Virus record (IMG/VR): IMGVR_UViG_3300045256_000273
Span: 1 to 57,658 of that record
Length of the DNA stretch: 57,658 nucleotides
From: a virus
Lineage: Duplodnaviria; Caudoviricetes
Direction: 5' to 3' (one strand)
Position numbers and translations under genes: made by a program. Shown here piece by piece: positions 28,061 to 38,024 of this stretch (position 1 is its first letter; each line of letters starts with the position of its first letter). The notes under the pieces are model-generated. The model had not been told where the DNA came from, made no database searches, and worked only from the letters and a program-made list of their open reading frames with translations.

Positions 28061-29650
28061 CTACCGCGTGACCTGCACGGACCAGGTGACGTTACCGCTG
28101 ACGGTTGCTGGTGCGTCGAGTTCGCATTTCTCGCCGGCTGCCGACGCATGGCTGCCCGTCGTAGTCGAATAGCTCGCCGCACACGACGTGCTGACGGTCA
28201 GGGTCGCGAGCGTCGTGCCGCCGCATTTCAGCGTATAGGCGTCGCTTTCGCTCGGATTTGTCGAGCAGCTTACGAAGGCATTGGAAGCGCCGAAGGTCGC
28301 GGGCCATGTGACCGCGATTGGCACGGGCAGGTGGGACACCTGACTGGCGGAAACAGCGCCGAATGGGAAAACAACACCGGTGGTCGTACCGGATAACGCC
28401 CCGGTCGGCACGTTCGAGCATGTCGGGACCGCATGACCAGCGGAGATCGCCGTCACCACCTGATTTGTGCAAGTTCCGCCGGTTACATGGCCGCCGCCAC
28501 CCGGTGCCGAGAGGGACGCAATCTCACCCGGCGGAAACAGATCGAAAGTGTAGGTTCCACCGGTCGCATTCGTGGACAGGACCGTTCCGATGAGCTGCGT
28601 GGTGGTCGGCTGAGACGTTCCGCAATCATGCAGCTCACCCGCAGACGTAGTTGACGCACAAACGAAATCGCCGGACGTGGTTGCTCCGTCGAAAACCCCC
28701 GACGCGAACCCCGTCACCTGTACGGTGGCCGTGCCTGTCGTTCCGCATCCGGTTTTACAGATTCCAAGGATACCGCTGGTATCGGCAGTGCTGATGGTTA
28801 CGGCCTGCCCAGAACCATTGTTCTTGATAAGTTTGCCGGTGGCCGTGCCGGTCACGCCGTCATTCGACCATAGCTCGTAAACCGACTTGGATTGCGTGGC
28901 GATATTGGCGTTCGAGGCCCCCGTAACATCGCCCGAAAGGGTGACGGTCCCTCCGGTCGATCCGCTAATCTCCGGCGAAAACAGGTCAACGGTGTACGTC
29001 CCCTGGCTGATGTTCGTGCTAAGAACTCGGCCGATGACCTGCCCCGACGCGGGATACGTCGCGCCCGCATCGTGGCAGGCTCCCGCTGTCGTCGAACTGA
29101 TCTGTACATAGTCGCCGGCCGTAGTCGCGCCGTCGAAAATGCAGGACGCGGTGCCCCCAAACTGGATCGTCGCGCTGCCGGTCGTCCCGCCATCCTGCGT
29201 CGTTATGCCGACTATCCCGCCCGTGTCAGTCGTAGCCGCTCGCACGGCTTTCGACGGAACGCCTGCCAACTTCGTCAGCGTATTATTGACGGTCCCGACA
29301 GAGGAATCGTTTGCGACGATAATTGTGGGCGCAATGAACGAAACCGGCTGCCCATTGAGTTCGTAGCCCTTGAGCGAATTGATGAATCCGTCGAACGTGC
29401 CAGTGTTCGACAATCCAATGTTGATCCAATTGCCGCCAGGAATGGTCAGTTCGTTGCTGATGGTGAGGTTATTGAATTGGCAGTTGAGCCCCCACCCGCA
29501 GGCATCGCCTTGCGTCGCGCCTTGCCCGAGCTGCTGGAGCAGAAAGCCGTTCGCGTTGGTGTTGGCGGTCCAAGGCGAGGACTGCGCGAATGCGACTCGC
29601 GCCGCAATCAGCAGCGCGAAAAGAAACAGCCCGACTCGCCTCAGCGCCAT
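28061..29650 (-). CDS. tail-fibre/decoration-like protein with signal peptide and duplicated domain
   Basis: MALRRVGLFLFALLIAARVAFA leader; two ~115-aa repeats; LSGDVTG fibre motif. Confidence 0.7.
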   Translation of the reverse strand: MALRRVGLFLFALLIAARVAFAQSSPWTANTNANGFLLQQLGQGATQGDACGWGLNCQFNNLTISNELTIPGGNWINIGLSNTGTFDGFINSLKGYELNGQPVSFIAPTIIVANDSSVGTVNNTLTKLAGVPSKAVRAATTDTGGIVGITTQDGGTTGSATIQFGGTASCIFDGATTAGDYVQISSTTAGACHDAGATYPASGQVIGRVLSTNISQGTYTVDLFSPEISGSTGGTVTLSGDVTGASNANIATQSKSVYELWSNDGVTGTATGKLIKNNGSGQAVTISTADTSGILGICKTGCGTTGTATVQVTGFASGVFDGATTSGDFVCASTTSAGELHDCGTSQPTTTQLIGTVLSTNATGGTYTFDLFPPGEIASLSAPGGGGHVTGGTCTNQVVTAISAGHAVPTCSNVPTGALSGTTTGVVFPFGAVSASQVSHLPVPIAVTWPATFGASNAFVSCSTNPSESDAYTLKCGGTTLATLTVSTSCAASYSTTTGSHASAAGEKCELDAPATVSGNVTWSVQVTR

Positions 29651-29979
29651 ATCACGTCAACGGTGCAGGCTGTGTTGCCGCTTTCGAGAACGGCGGCCCA
29701 GCCGACTCCGAGGCCCGCATCCGCGCCGGACGCCGCGCTGCTCAGCGCATCGTGAAACGGAATCGCACTGTTTGGCGCCAACTCGTAAGTGTTGGACGGT
29801 GCGGCATTCGGGGGCGCGGCGGTGGTGTACGGAAAAATGAGGACCGGAACGGCGCTCGCCACCCGGTTCTTGATCCATAGCGCCGCAGCAACGAATCCCG
29901 GCGCCACGAGTGACACCGGAACCGTCGCCGAGTTCACGCTGACGGTCGCGACATTGACCGTAGGATTGTACGTCGCCAT
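29641..29979 (-). CDS. small beta-rich virion-like protein
   Basis: ORF in the late operon. Confidence 0.55.
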   Translation of the reverse strand: MATYNPTVNVATVSVNSATVPVSLVAPGFVAAALWIKNRVASAVPVLIFPYTTAAPPNAAPSNTYELAPNSAIPFHDALSSAASGADAGLGVGWAAVLESGNTACTVDVIWR

Positions 29980-29980
29980 C

Positions 29981-30244
29981 TCAGTTCAGAACCTCCGCCT
30001 TTTTCTTCGGCTTCGGTGCCGGCGGCTCGAACAGCGTCTCGAACACGCCATGCGGCATGACAAGGCGTTCGCCAGCGACGCTCACGATCCAGTCGCCTTT
30101 GACAATCGGCACGTTGCCGCGCGCGGTCGCGCATCGGAAATCCATCGGCCCGAAAGCCCAAGCGCCGTCAGGGTAAGGCTTCGCCGGGTCGAATTGGACC
30201 GCCTCGACGAGCGGAACGCCTGTCTTTGTCTGATAGGTCGCCAT
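29981..30244 (-). CDS. conserved phage protein
   Basis: VEAVQF..GDWIV..VFETLFE pattern common in phages. Confidence 0.6.
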   Translation of the reverse strand: MATYQTKTGVPLVEAVQFDPAKPYPDGAWAFGPMDFRCATARGNVPIVKGDWIVSVAGERLVMPHGVFETLFEPPAPKPKKKAEVLN

Positions 30245-30477
30245 CACATTCTCCGTCCGCGACCGCGATGCTTGCGCCGGCGTGCGATCTTCCTCATGTT
30301 TTCGGCGAACACCGCCCGCTTGCGCGTCTTCGGATTTCGCGAGTGTTCAGCCTTGCGGATCTTCTTCTCGGTGAGGTGGCCGCCCATCTGGCGCGTGAAT
30401 GCGCCAACGGTGCCCTTGCGCTCCATACGCTCGCGCGCTTCCTGGAGGAACTTTCGCGTCCTCTTCTTGCGTGCCAT
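30244..30477 (-). CDS. small Arg/Lys-rich protein
   Basis: MARKKRTRK..KTRKRAVFAENMRKIARRRKHRGRGRRM; TAATG/TGATG coupling. Confidence 0.7.
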   Translation of the reverse strand: MARKKRTRKFLQEARERMERKGTVGAFTRQMGGHLTEKKIRKAEHSRNPKTRKRAVFAENMRKIARRRKHRGRGRRM

Positions 30478-30644
30478 TACATTCTCCTTCCCGACTTCGC
30501 GCGCTGCTTGTCGCGTTTGCGCTGGATGAACTTGCGCTCGAAACTCGTACGCAATTCGCGCGCGCCGGTCGTCCGCTTGCCTTCGCCGCCCACTCGCGCC
30601 CGCTTGCGCAGAATGAGGTCTTCGGCGCCCGTGTCAAAAGCCAT
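30477..30644 (-). CDS. small Arg/Lys-rich protein
   Basis: 55 aa, GAGGAG SD. Confidence 0.6.
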   Translation of the reverse strand: MAFDTGAEDLILRKRARVGGEGKRTTGARELRTSFERKFIQRKRDKQRAKSGRRM

Positions 30645-30786
30645 AGGTCTTGCTCCTCGTTTTCCGTGATGCGCGCAAACGCTTCCCGCGCGAGCGAAGA
30701 CTGCGGACCTTACCGATATTCGTAAGCTGACCGCGCAACCTGCGCACGCGATCGAGCGCAACGTCTCGGATCCGCCCGCGTCTCAT
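30634..30786 (-). CDS. small Arg-rich protein (not in ORF track)
   Basis: MRRGRIRDVALDRVRRLRG..RSRGKRLRASRKTRSKTYGF; ATGA coupling. Confidence 0.55.
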   Translation of the reverse strand: MRRGRIRDVALDRVRRLRGQLTNIGKVRSLRSRGKRLRASRKTRSKTYGF

Positions 30787-30953
30787 TTTCTGCGACTCCC
30801 GCGCGAAATGCCGCGTCCTTTGCGTACGCGCCGCCGAATGCTGATTTGACCGCCGCGCCGTTCGCGACGCAGTTTGCGACCCTCTTTAGAGTTTGGGCCG
30901 AACTTCGCCATCAGAAACCGCCACTGGCGTCCAGTTACATCACTGTTGGGCAT
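30783..30953 (-). CDS. small Arg-rich protein
   Basis: MPNSDVTGRQWRFLMAKF..RRRVRKGRGISRGSRRK. Confidence 0.6.
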   Translation of the reverse strand: MPNSDVTGRQWRFLMAKFGPNSKEGRKLRRERRGGQISIRRRVRKGRGISRGSRRK

Positions 30954-33036
30954 CGGCTGGCCCTTCCGCTTCGGCGCGCATCGCCGCGTTGAACGCCGCA
31001 ACCGCGAATCGCGCCGCCGTCTGGGAATCCTTGCTGGCTAACGCCTTCTCGAATAGCGCCATCGCCGGACGCGAATGCGCGACGATCTGATAGCCCTCGA
31101 TTCCAAGGAGGCCCGCGCCCGCAATCGTCGCTTCCTGGAAGCCGAATGTCTCGCCGCCCGCGATGAGCGCAGCACCCCATATCGCGCGATGCTGCAAATA
31201 ATGCGCAAGCGGCGCGAGCACTGGCGATTCGAGATATTCCCTGACCTTGGCTGCGACCGCCGCCGCCTCATCGGGATGCGCGAGTAGTTCCTTGTGCTTC
31301 GCCAGTACCTCGTCGGCGGTTCGCAACCATTGTTTCTTTGCGCCCGCCCCATACAGCTTGTTAAAGACTTCAGTATCGACGCCGCTGACAGTTTTCTTGA
31401 GGGCGCCCAGCCGGTCGGCCATGTTGTTCGCGCCTTCGCTTTCCGCCTTTTGGTAAAGACGCGTGGCAAATCCGCGGCGCAGCATTCCGAGCTGGCCGTT
31501 GACTTTCATTTGGTCGATGACTTCCGCGACGCGGCCGGTGTCGCCTTTCCCCGCTTTCAGAATGGCCTCAGCCGCCCCCGGCACCGTAAAAGCCTGACGC
31601 ACGCCACGGAGAGGAAAGCGCGCAACTTGGCGAGCGTAATAGGTATCCAGCGCACGCCGCTGCGTTGCCGCCGTTGGCCCGATAACCCTATCAATGTCGC
31701 CTTCGGCGGATTTCTGAAGTTCCCCGAGCACCGAAAGCGCGATGCGGTCTTTCTTGGGATCCAGATTGCGGGCGAGCTTCCGCATCTGGCTCAGGATGAA
31801 CTGTTCGCGCCGGACAGTCATCGGCGCGCTCTCGATCTGCTCTTGCAGGTACTTCCGCATCGGCTTGCCGACGAGTTTCAGCATCGGTCCACGCGCCGCG
31901 AATTTCTGCGCAAGGTCGTTCGCTGTGCGAACATGCGCGTACGGCGCAAGCAGCTTGTCGTACTCCGTCCCGAGATCGCGAAGTCCCCGCTCCGAAGTCT
32001 CCTCGTAAGGTTTCCGCAGCACGCTTGCAGGTGCCTGCTCAAGCTGCTTGGCGACCCGAGGGGAAGTCCCAAGGGTTCCTTCAAGTGCCGCCTCGGCTGT
32101 CCGCGCCTCCTCGAGCGCGTCGCGGAAACTTTGACCAGTTGCGCGCATGATTGCGGCAGCCTTGCGGAATCGCGGAACAAGAGGCAGCAGACCCCCGACC
32201 GCAGAACCAACGCCACCTACTGCCGCTTCTTCGCCAACGCTGACAGGCGGCAGTCCGTAGGCTGCACGGATTTTGTTCTCAGCTTCGGCGCCGGCCGCAG
32301 AGCCAAGCGCGCCGCCCGTGGTTGCGCCGACGTATTCCGGTACGCCCGTTTCGCCCGCACCAGGAATCGCGGCGCCACCTATCGCGCCAAGCGCCTCTCC
32401 GCCGAACTGCCCAACTGCGGGCAACCATCCGGCGAGACGCGCGCCCAACGGCTCCGATTTTTCGGATGACGTAGGAACCGCCGCCGGTACGGTCGTTTTT
32501 GTGATAGGCCCGTAATAGGGAACGAACTTCCCGTCTTTGTCTTTGACGTATCCGACCGGCTCCGCCGCGTAGGCCGTCCCTTCGCCCATGAGGCCGCCGC
32601 TGAGCACTTTCGGGAGCGTCAACACATTTGACGGTTGCGCCGCTTGGCCGACATCGGGCATCGCCTGACTGCGTATTAGCGACGGCATGTCGCCGCCGCC
32701 GCCCAAAACCTTGTTTGCGTAGGCCTCCGATGCCGCCGGCACGTCGCCCTTCGCAACGCGAGTCGGGCCTGCATTGTAGGCTTCAAGCGCCAGCCGCGCG
32801 TCTCCCTTGAAGCGTTTGAATAGATCGCGAAGATAGGACTTTGCCACGCGCCGATTCGTCGCAGGGTCTGTCAACTGCTCCGGCTTCACGCCGTACTGAC
32901 GCGCAGTCTGCGGCATGATCTGGAACAGACCAATTTCGCCCTTACGGCCGCGAGCGAACGGATTGCCCGAGGCGTCCTCAAGCATCCCCATGCGGTTGAG
33001 AAGGGTGTCGAGATCGAAATTTGGCATCGCGCCCAT
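30940..33036 (-). CDS. ejection/internal virion protein with lytic transglycosylase domain
   Basis: LEDASGNP, GEIGLFQIMPQTA, AYNAGP SLT motifs. Confidence 0.85.
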   Translation of the reverse strand: MGAMPNFDLDTLLNRMGMLEDASGNPFARGRKGEIGLFQIMPQTARQYGVKPEQLTDPATNRRVAKSYLRDLFKRFKGDARLALEAYNAGPTRVAKGDVPAASEAYANKVLGGGGDMPSLIRSQAMPDVGQAAQPSNVLTLPKVLSGGLMGEGTAYAAEPVGYVKDKDGKFVPYYGPITKTTVPAAVPTSSEKSEPLGARLAGWLPAVGQFGGEALGAIGGAAIPGAGETGVPEYVGATTGGALGSAAGAEAENKIRAAYGLPPVSVGEEAAVGGVGSAVGGLLPLVPRFRKAAAIMRATGQSFRDALEEARTAEAALEGTLGTSPRVAKQLEQAPASVLRKPYEETSERGLRDLGTEYDKLLAPYAHVRTANDLAQKFAARGPMLKLVGKPMRKYLQEQIESAPMTVRREQFILSQMRKLARNLDPKKDRIALSVLGELQKSAEGDIDRVIGPTAATQRRALDTYYARQVARFPLRGVRQAFTVPGAAEAILKAGKGDTGRVAEVIDQMKVNGQLGMLRRGFATRLYQKAESEGANNMADRLGALKKTVSGVDTEVFNKLYGAGAKKQWLRTADEVLAKHKELLAHPDEAAAVAAKVREYLESPVLAPLAHYLQHRAIWGAALIAGGETFGFQEATIAGAGLLGIEGYQIVAHSRPAMALFEKALASKDSQTAARFAVAAFNAAMRAEAEGPADAQQ

Positions 33037-34073
33037 CAGGGATTCGGCGCTCCGTAAATGGGCGTGCCGTCAGGGGTGTAGCCGATGATCGGCGGCTCAC
33101 TCGACTCACTCAGACGACCGGCCCGCACGAGAGTCGCGCGGTCCTGGCGCATGATCTGCCGTGCGGTATCGACGGCGCTCTTGAGCGCGGGGAACGTCTG
33201 CGCGTTATTGAGCCGACTCACGATCAAGTTTAATTCAGAATTGTTGATGCGACCTACACGCGCGAGCTCGCGCACATACGAAATGATGCCCGCTTTAGCG
33301 TGCTCGTATCCCGCATATCTGGGATCGACTTTCGCAAGGATGTACCGTTTCGCCGGATTGATCGCGATGTCGCGCACAGTCTCCCCGATTCCGGTCGGCA
33401 CTTTCTTGGGGAGGACCATTCCGCCTGCTTGAAGTAGCGTGTCGAGGTTCTTTTCGGCTGCAATCGAATTTGCGAACTGGTCGGCGTCCTTGTCTGTAAG
33501 AAGAATCCCGCCGCGCCTTGCCGCTTCGCCTACAGTCATCCTTGGATCGGGCCACGGCTTGCCGCCCGGCGTCAGCATCGTCCGCCCCGTCAACGCGCCG
33601 ATGGGCGTATTTTCGAACTTGGCCTGCTCCGGGAGCGCCGTCCCTTTAGGAAAGGCCTTAAATACGGTTTGGTCGCCAGTCGTTTCCAACAGACCAGGGA
33701 CGCCGTTCTGCATGAACACTTCACTATGCGTCAGTAGCTTCGGAGGCGCCGCCTTCTGCGCCCGTTTCCGCAGCACCGCCTCGTCGAGCTTCGGCTGAAT
33801 CGCCAAAAACTCGTCGCTCGAATACCCCAGCATCCGGTTCACGTCGTCCGGCGTCAGAAGGCCCTCATTGACGTATCCCTGAAGAATCCGTGGACGGTTC
33901 GCCTGCTCGAACTTTTCGCGCGCGCTCTTGTCGATGAAGCCCGCACCGGCGCTCGCAAGGCGCCCCAGCGGCGAGCGTCCGCCGAAAAGCGATCCGACGA
34001 GCCCGAGGATGTCCGCGCTGGTCGGCTCCTGAAACCTGGTCGGCTCCTGAAACTGCGTGCTGTCGTCAGCCAT
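33036..34073 (-). CDS. putative ejection protein
   Basis: position in the podovirus-type ejection module. Confidence 0.55.
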   Translation of the reverse strand: MADDSTQFQEPTRFQEPTSADILGLVGSLFGGRSPLGRLASAGAGFIDKSAREKFEQANRPRILQGYVNEGLLTPDDVNRMLGYSSDEFLAIQPKLDEAVLRKRAQKAAPPKLLTHSEVFMQNGVPGLLETTGDQTVFKAFPKGTALPEQAKFENTPIGALTGRTMLTPGGKPWPDPRMTVGEAARRGGILLTDKDADQFANSIAAEKNLDTLLQAGGMVLPKKVPTGIGETVRDIAINPAKRYILAKVDPRYAGYEHAKAGIISYVRELARVGRINNSELNLIVSRLNNAQTFPALKSAVDTARQIMRQDRATLVRAGRLSESSEPPIIGYTPDGTPIYGAPNP

Positions 34074-34464
34074 TTCGCAGCCCTATCGGCGGAACGCCCA
34101 TCGGCACGCCAGTAAGTCCTCGCTGATACGAGGACTGAATGATCGATTGGAGATTCGGCATTACGCCGGTCGGCGCGGTCGGCGCGGATTCTCCACTGCC
34201 GCCATGCCCGGCGAGTTGCTGAAGCAGTTGCGGCAGAAACGAACTGGGGCCGCCCCCGCCAGCCGCCGTTTCGCCGATCTGCGATGCGAGCGTATTCACC
34301 TCGCCCGGCGAGAGTGTCGCAAGGCTGTCGGCGCCCGTTTGCGCGAAGTCGCCAAGCGTCATCCCGGCCAGCGCGGGATTTGCCGCGCCTGCTGCCGCGC
34401 CGGCGGTCGCGCCAGCGGTCGCGCCAGTCCCCAACCATGCGAAAAGAGATGCCAGAAAGCTCAT
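34066..34464 (-). CDS. Gly/Ala-rich putative ejection protein
   Basis: composition and position. Confidence 0.5.
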   Translation of the reverse strand: MSFLASLFAWLGTGATAGATAGAAAGAANPALAGMTLGDFAQTGADSLATLSPGEVNTLASQIGETAAGGGGPSSFLPQLLQQLAGHGGSGESAPTAPTGVMPNLQSIIQSSYQRGLTGVPMGVPPIGLRNG

Positions 34465-35174
34465 TGGAACAACGAGAATCCCGTCAGCGACGAACTGCCG
34501 CTGCTATTCTGGCCGATGAGCGCCGGTAGCCATGACGCCACCATGTTCTCCTCGCCCAGTCCCGCCATGAGTTGCCCAAGCCGCTGGTTGTACCGCGAGC
34601 TCAAGATGGCTTGCGCTTCCTGCTGCGGGATTCCGGCGGCCTGGAGCGCGTTCGCGAGATTCATGATGCCTTGGTTGAACTGCTGGCTGCCGACGCCGAG
34701 AAGCCCCTGGGCTCCTGTTTCTTGCGCTTGGATTCCCTGTTCGGCCAGCGGCAGCGCCATCAGCTCGCCAGCCATAGCCAGATTCTCGCCAAGCGCACCG
34801 GAGTTCCCCAGCCCCGCCAGCGCCATCTGAGACTCGACGGTTGGCGCGGTGATGTCCTGAAAGATTTTTTCGCCATAGGGCACCGTGTAATTCGCGCCGG
34901 ATGCAAGCTGCCCGTAGGCATTCGCGGCCGACTGCTCCGACGGATTCAGCGCAAACGGATTCTCGCCCAACCCGACGTACTGGTTGATGAGCGCCAACTG
35001 GTCGGACGTCAACGGCGCAATCTCCTGACGCGGGTAATCCTGAATGAACTGCCCCGGACTCGGCAGACCGTAAAGCGAGGCGAACTGATTGCTCGCCATG
35101 CTCAACAGCCCTTCAAGGCCCGGTGGGACCGAGGGGCTGGTCGAACTCGAACTCGAACCGCCGCCGAAGCTCAT
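34461..35174 (-). CDS. putative DNA pilot/ejection protein
   Basis: MSFGGGSSSSST start, IAPLTSDQ, Gln/Gly/Ala-rich. Confidence 0.6.
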   Translation of the reverse strand: MSFGGGSSSSSTSPSVPPGLEGLLSMASNQFASLYGLPSPGQFIQDYPRQEIAPLTSDQLALINQYVGLGENPFALNPSEQSAANAYGQLASGANYTVPYGEKIFQDITAPTVESQMALAGLGNSGALGENLAMAGELMALPLAEQGIQAQETGAQGLLGVGSQQFNQGIMNLANALQAAGIPQQEAQAILSSRYNQRLGQLMAGLGEENMVASWLPALIGQNSSGSSSLTGFSLFQ

Positions 35175-35177
35175 TTT

Positions 35178-35747
35178 TCAGTTTCTCCTTGCCGCCAGCA
35201 GCGACGGCACGACAATTCGCCGGTCGGACGGCGCGGCCAGCTTCCCGGCCGAAGGCTGCTCGACCTCGAAATGCATCAAATGAAGCGCCTTTGGCTGCGT
35301 GAAGCCGAGCGGAGCCAAGTAGCGTGCCCACACTTCGGGATCCGCCGGACCGACAAATTCCATGCTGCTGAGCGGCGCGACTGCCGGAATATAAGGCACG
35401 CGCCCACGGAAAGCGTTGATTTCGTCGATCCACGCGCGGAGCTCGCCAGCCCACGCGTGCCGGTCCTCGCCGACCAACCCTTGCGCCTGAAACGCGAAAA
35501 TCGTCATCACGCCGAGCTGGTATGAGAGCCACGAGCAAACGTGCGCCCGCAACGCGCCGTCGCCATCACCGAATAGCCAATAGCCGCTCGCGACCGGCGT
35601 CATTGCAAAGCGCTGGCGAAGTTCCGTCGCAAGAAGCGCTGGCTGATGCGGGACGCCGACCTCCTTCGCGTACTCAAGCACGCGCTTCTCAAAGGCCGGA
35701 TATAGCCCCCAGCTTTCCAAGATGTCTCCGCGAATTCGCGTTATCAT
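35178..35747 (-). CDS. hypothetical protein, possibly GNAT-like
   Basis: occupies the position between nozzle and ejection genes. Confidence 0.45.
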   Translation of the reverse strand: MITRIRGDILESWGLYPAFEKRVLEYAKEVGVPHQPALLATELRQRFAMTPVASGYWLFGDGDGALRAHVCSWLSYQLGVMTIFAFQAQGLVGEDRHAWAGELRAWIDEINAFRGRVPYIPAVAPLSSMEFVGPADPEVWARYLAPLGFTQPKALHLMHFEVEQPSAGKLAAPSDRRIVVPSLLAARRN

Positions 35748-36106
35748 CGGATCGCCACCCAATCGACGCTGAGATTGCCTGCTGGCGGACTGCTCAGCGT
35801 GGCCGAAAACCCAGTGGTATTTTTCGCTACCGAAGAAAAAGTCCCCATCGGCGCTAGGATAAGTGCGTAAGTGTTGTCCGGCATCGGCGCCGTAAACGTC
35901 GCGCTCTCCGTGGCGGTGTTGGCGGGGTACGTCAACGTTCCGTACTGAACCTGGGAGATCCCGAGCGTCACGAATCGCGCCATCATCGCGCCCCAGTTGT
36001 TTTGGAGCACGAACCTGACCTGCTGAACGGCCTCGTAGGCGGCTTGGTCTTGCGGACGCGGCGGCGCCGGCAGCGGGAGCCCCAATGGCGCTTGAACGCC
36101 CATCAT
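35744..36106 (-). CDS. small tail accessory protein
   Basis: TFTAPMPDNTY..KNTTGFS..VDWVAI beta domain. Confidence 0.55.
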   Translation of the reverse strand: MMGVQAPLGLPLPAPPRPQDQAAYEAVQQVRFVLQNNWGAMMARFVTLGISQVQYGTLTYPANTATESATFTAPMPDNTYALILAPMGTFSSVAKNTTGFSATLSSPPAGNLSVDWVAIR

Positions 36107-37653
36107 TCGACCCCTTCGCCCGTCAGGTTATAGACGCCCTTGTTCACGACGTTGACCTGGACGTAAGCCCCAATAAACGCAAGGCTCCCCGGCGACGTGC
36201 CGCTGAGCGCAACTTGAATCCAGTTGTAGAAAGTCGAGCCAGGGGCGTCCACGCCGGGCGCGGAAATTACTTGAAAATCGCTTTCTTTGTAGGACATCAG
36301 GTAGGCCGGACTGAGGTCTTCGATGTTCCCGATGGGCGTTCGCAGACCGTACACGCGAAACGTAAGGATGTCCTTCGCGCTCGACGGCTCTATGAAAGCC
36401 TCGACGGCCTGAATCTGCATTTTTTCAAGCGATGCAGTGCTCCGAGGCCCCCAAACTGCTGTAAACGGAATCTGCGCGCCGTTGTCTCCGGTGTCGGTGT
36501 CGTACTCGTAAAGCTTGCCTAAGCCATCGCCGATGAATGCGGTTGGCCGATAGGTCGAAGTCGCCCCACCGAACGGCCCGCTGAAACCGCAAGTGAATGC
36601 TTGCTGGTATTTCGCCGGCGGCTCCCAGCGATTGAAATCGAGCGAATAATAGACTGCCTGATCGGGGTCGCTGCCGGTGGTCGGGAAATGGAATCGAACG
36701 TGACGGTCGGACGGGGAATAGAACGCAAAGGACCGCCCGATGTTCGCAAAGTTGATGTTGTCGAGAACGTACGACTGGATCGGAATGCCGAAGTTCTGCG
36801 GGGCGAGCCCATTGAATGTCCAGATGCGGCCGTCATTACCGAGGAAGTAGTGCGTACCTTCGATTGCGACGATGGCGGCGGTGCTGGCCGGCCCGACGAC
36901 ACCCTCGCCCAACGCAAACTCTTGAAACGCGAAGGCGTTGGCGTCGTCGCCGACCTGGGCGTTCATCTGCCACAGATTCTGCTCCATGTAGATGTACGCG
37001 CTCAGGTTGCCGAGACGGACCGCCGCCGCGATTCCGCTGCCAGGGTCAACGAGATCCGCGACTGCCTGCACCGGGAAACTTGTCGGATTATTGAACGCCG
37101 ACCAGCGCACGCGATTGGGATAGAACACGCCGCCCTCGGTCGTGCCGACGACCACAAGCCGGTTGGCGAGCACGAAAATGTCAATCGCGTTCTCGAAGGG
37201 CAATCCTCCGACCTGGGTGATGCTCGCGCTTCCCGGCGTCCACGAAATCAGGCCGTTTTGGCCGTCCACCGCATAGAGCGTATCGGTGCCATTGACAAAA
37301 ATGACCGCGAACTCCGTGAAGTGGTCGGCCGACCCGCTGAGATTGCCGGATAGCTCCGTAATCGTGCCGGTCGCGCCGCCGCTATAGCTCCACCAACGAT
37401 TCAGTCCCGCCACGACCGTCCGCACCGCGCCATTCACGCCAACCCAGCTAATCCCGCCTGTGAACCGTTGTCCGGCCTTGCTGTCCGCAAGCAACGAGTA
37501 GCCCGAGCGCACGCGAAGCATGCCGGTCTGGTCGCAGAAGACGTTGTACGACCCCGCCGCCAGCATTGCGGGGCTGAGCTTGTGGGCTGGCAGGTCGAAA
37601 CGAGCGCCCTCGACCGGCGACACGATCTCGACGGTTTTGGTCCCGCGCGGCAC
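36103..37653 (-). CDS. tail nozzle / DNA stabilisation protein (P22 gp10-like)
   Basis: beta-propeller-like motifs NRLVV, RVRWS, YFLGNDGRIW; size and position. Confidence 0.75.
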   Translation of the reverse strand: MPRGTKTVEIVSPVEGARFDLPAHKLSPAMLAAGSYNVFCDQTGMLRVRSGYSLLADSKAGQRFTGGISWVGVNGAVRTVVAGLNRWWSYSGGATGTITELSGNLSGSADHFTEFAVIFVNGTDTLYAVDGQNGLISWTPGSASITQVGGLPFENAIDIFVLANRLVVVGTTEGGVFYPNRVRWSAFNNPTSFPVQAVADLVDPGSGIAAAVRLGNLSAYIYMEQNLWQMNAQVGDDANAFAFQEFALGEGVVGPASTAAIVAIEGTHYFLGNDGRIWTFNGLAPQNFGIPIQSYVLDNINFANIGRSFAFYSPSDRHVRFHFPTTGSDPDQAVYYSLDFNRWEPPAKYQQAFTCGFSGPFGGATSTYRPTAFIGDGLGKLYEYDTDTGDNGAQIPFTAVWGPRSTASLEKMQIQAVEAFIEPSSAKDILTFRVYGLRTPIGNIEDLSPAYLMSYKESDFQVISAPGVDAPGSTFYNWIQVALSGTSPGSLAFIGAYVQVNVVNKGVYNLTGEGVE

Positions 37654-38024
37654 TACTCAGCCTCTCCGGCGCCGTATAGGATTCGCTGGAGCGCCTGAAG
37701 CCACTTCGGCGTCTGGTCCTCAGTGATCTTCAATGACTGATTGACGCCAAGCTTCCGCAATGGTTCTAGCGTCCTCGCCAATGTCCCGTTATCCACAAGG
37801 TACTGACCATATCGGTTGTTCGCGAGCGGAGAACCGATCAACCGCAGGAGCGCCATCTGCGCAGCAACTCGCGCGGCTGTCGCCGGACCGAACACTACAC
37901 CGGTCGCCAATCCCGTGACTGGATCGATGGTCGGTGCCTGCAACGCTTCCTCGTCGGCAGTCGGAATCCCCGGCGTTCCGGCCATCTTTTGAAGGTGGTC
38001 CATGATGTCCGCCAGCGGCATCAC
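37653..38024 (-). CDS. hypothetical protein
   Basis: coupled ORF. Confidence 0.5.
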   Translation of the reverse strand: MMPLADIMDHLQKMAGTPGIPTADEEALQAPTIDPVTGLATGVVFGPATAARVAAQMALLRLIGSPLANNRYGQYLVDNGTLARTLEPLRKLGVNQSLKITEDQTPKWLQALQRILYGAGEAE

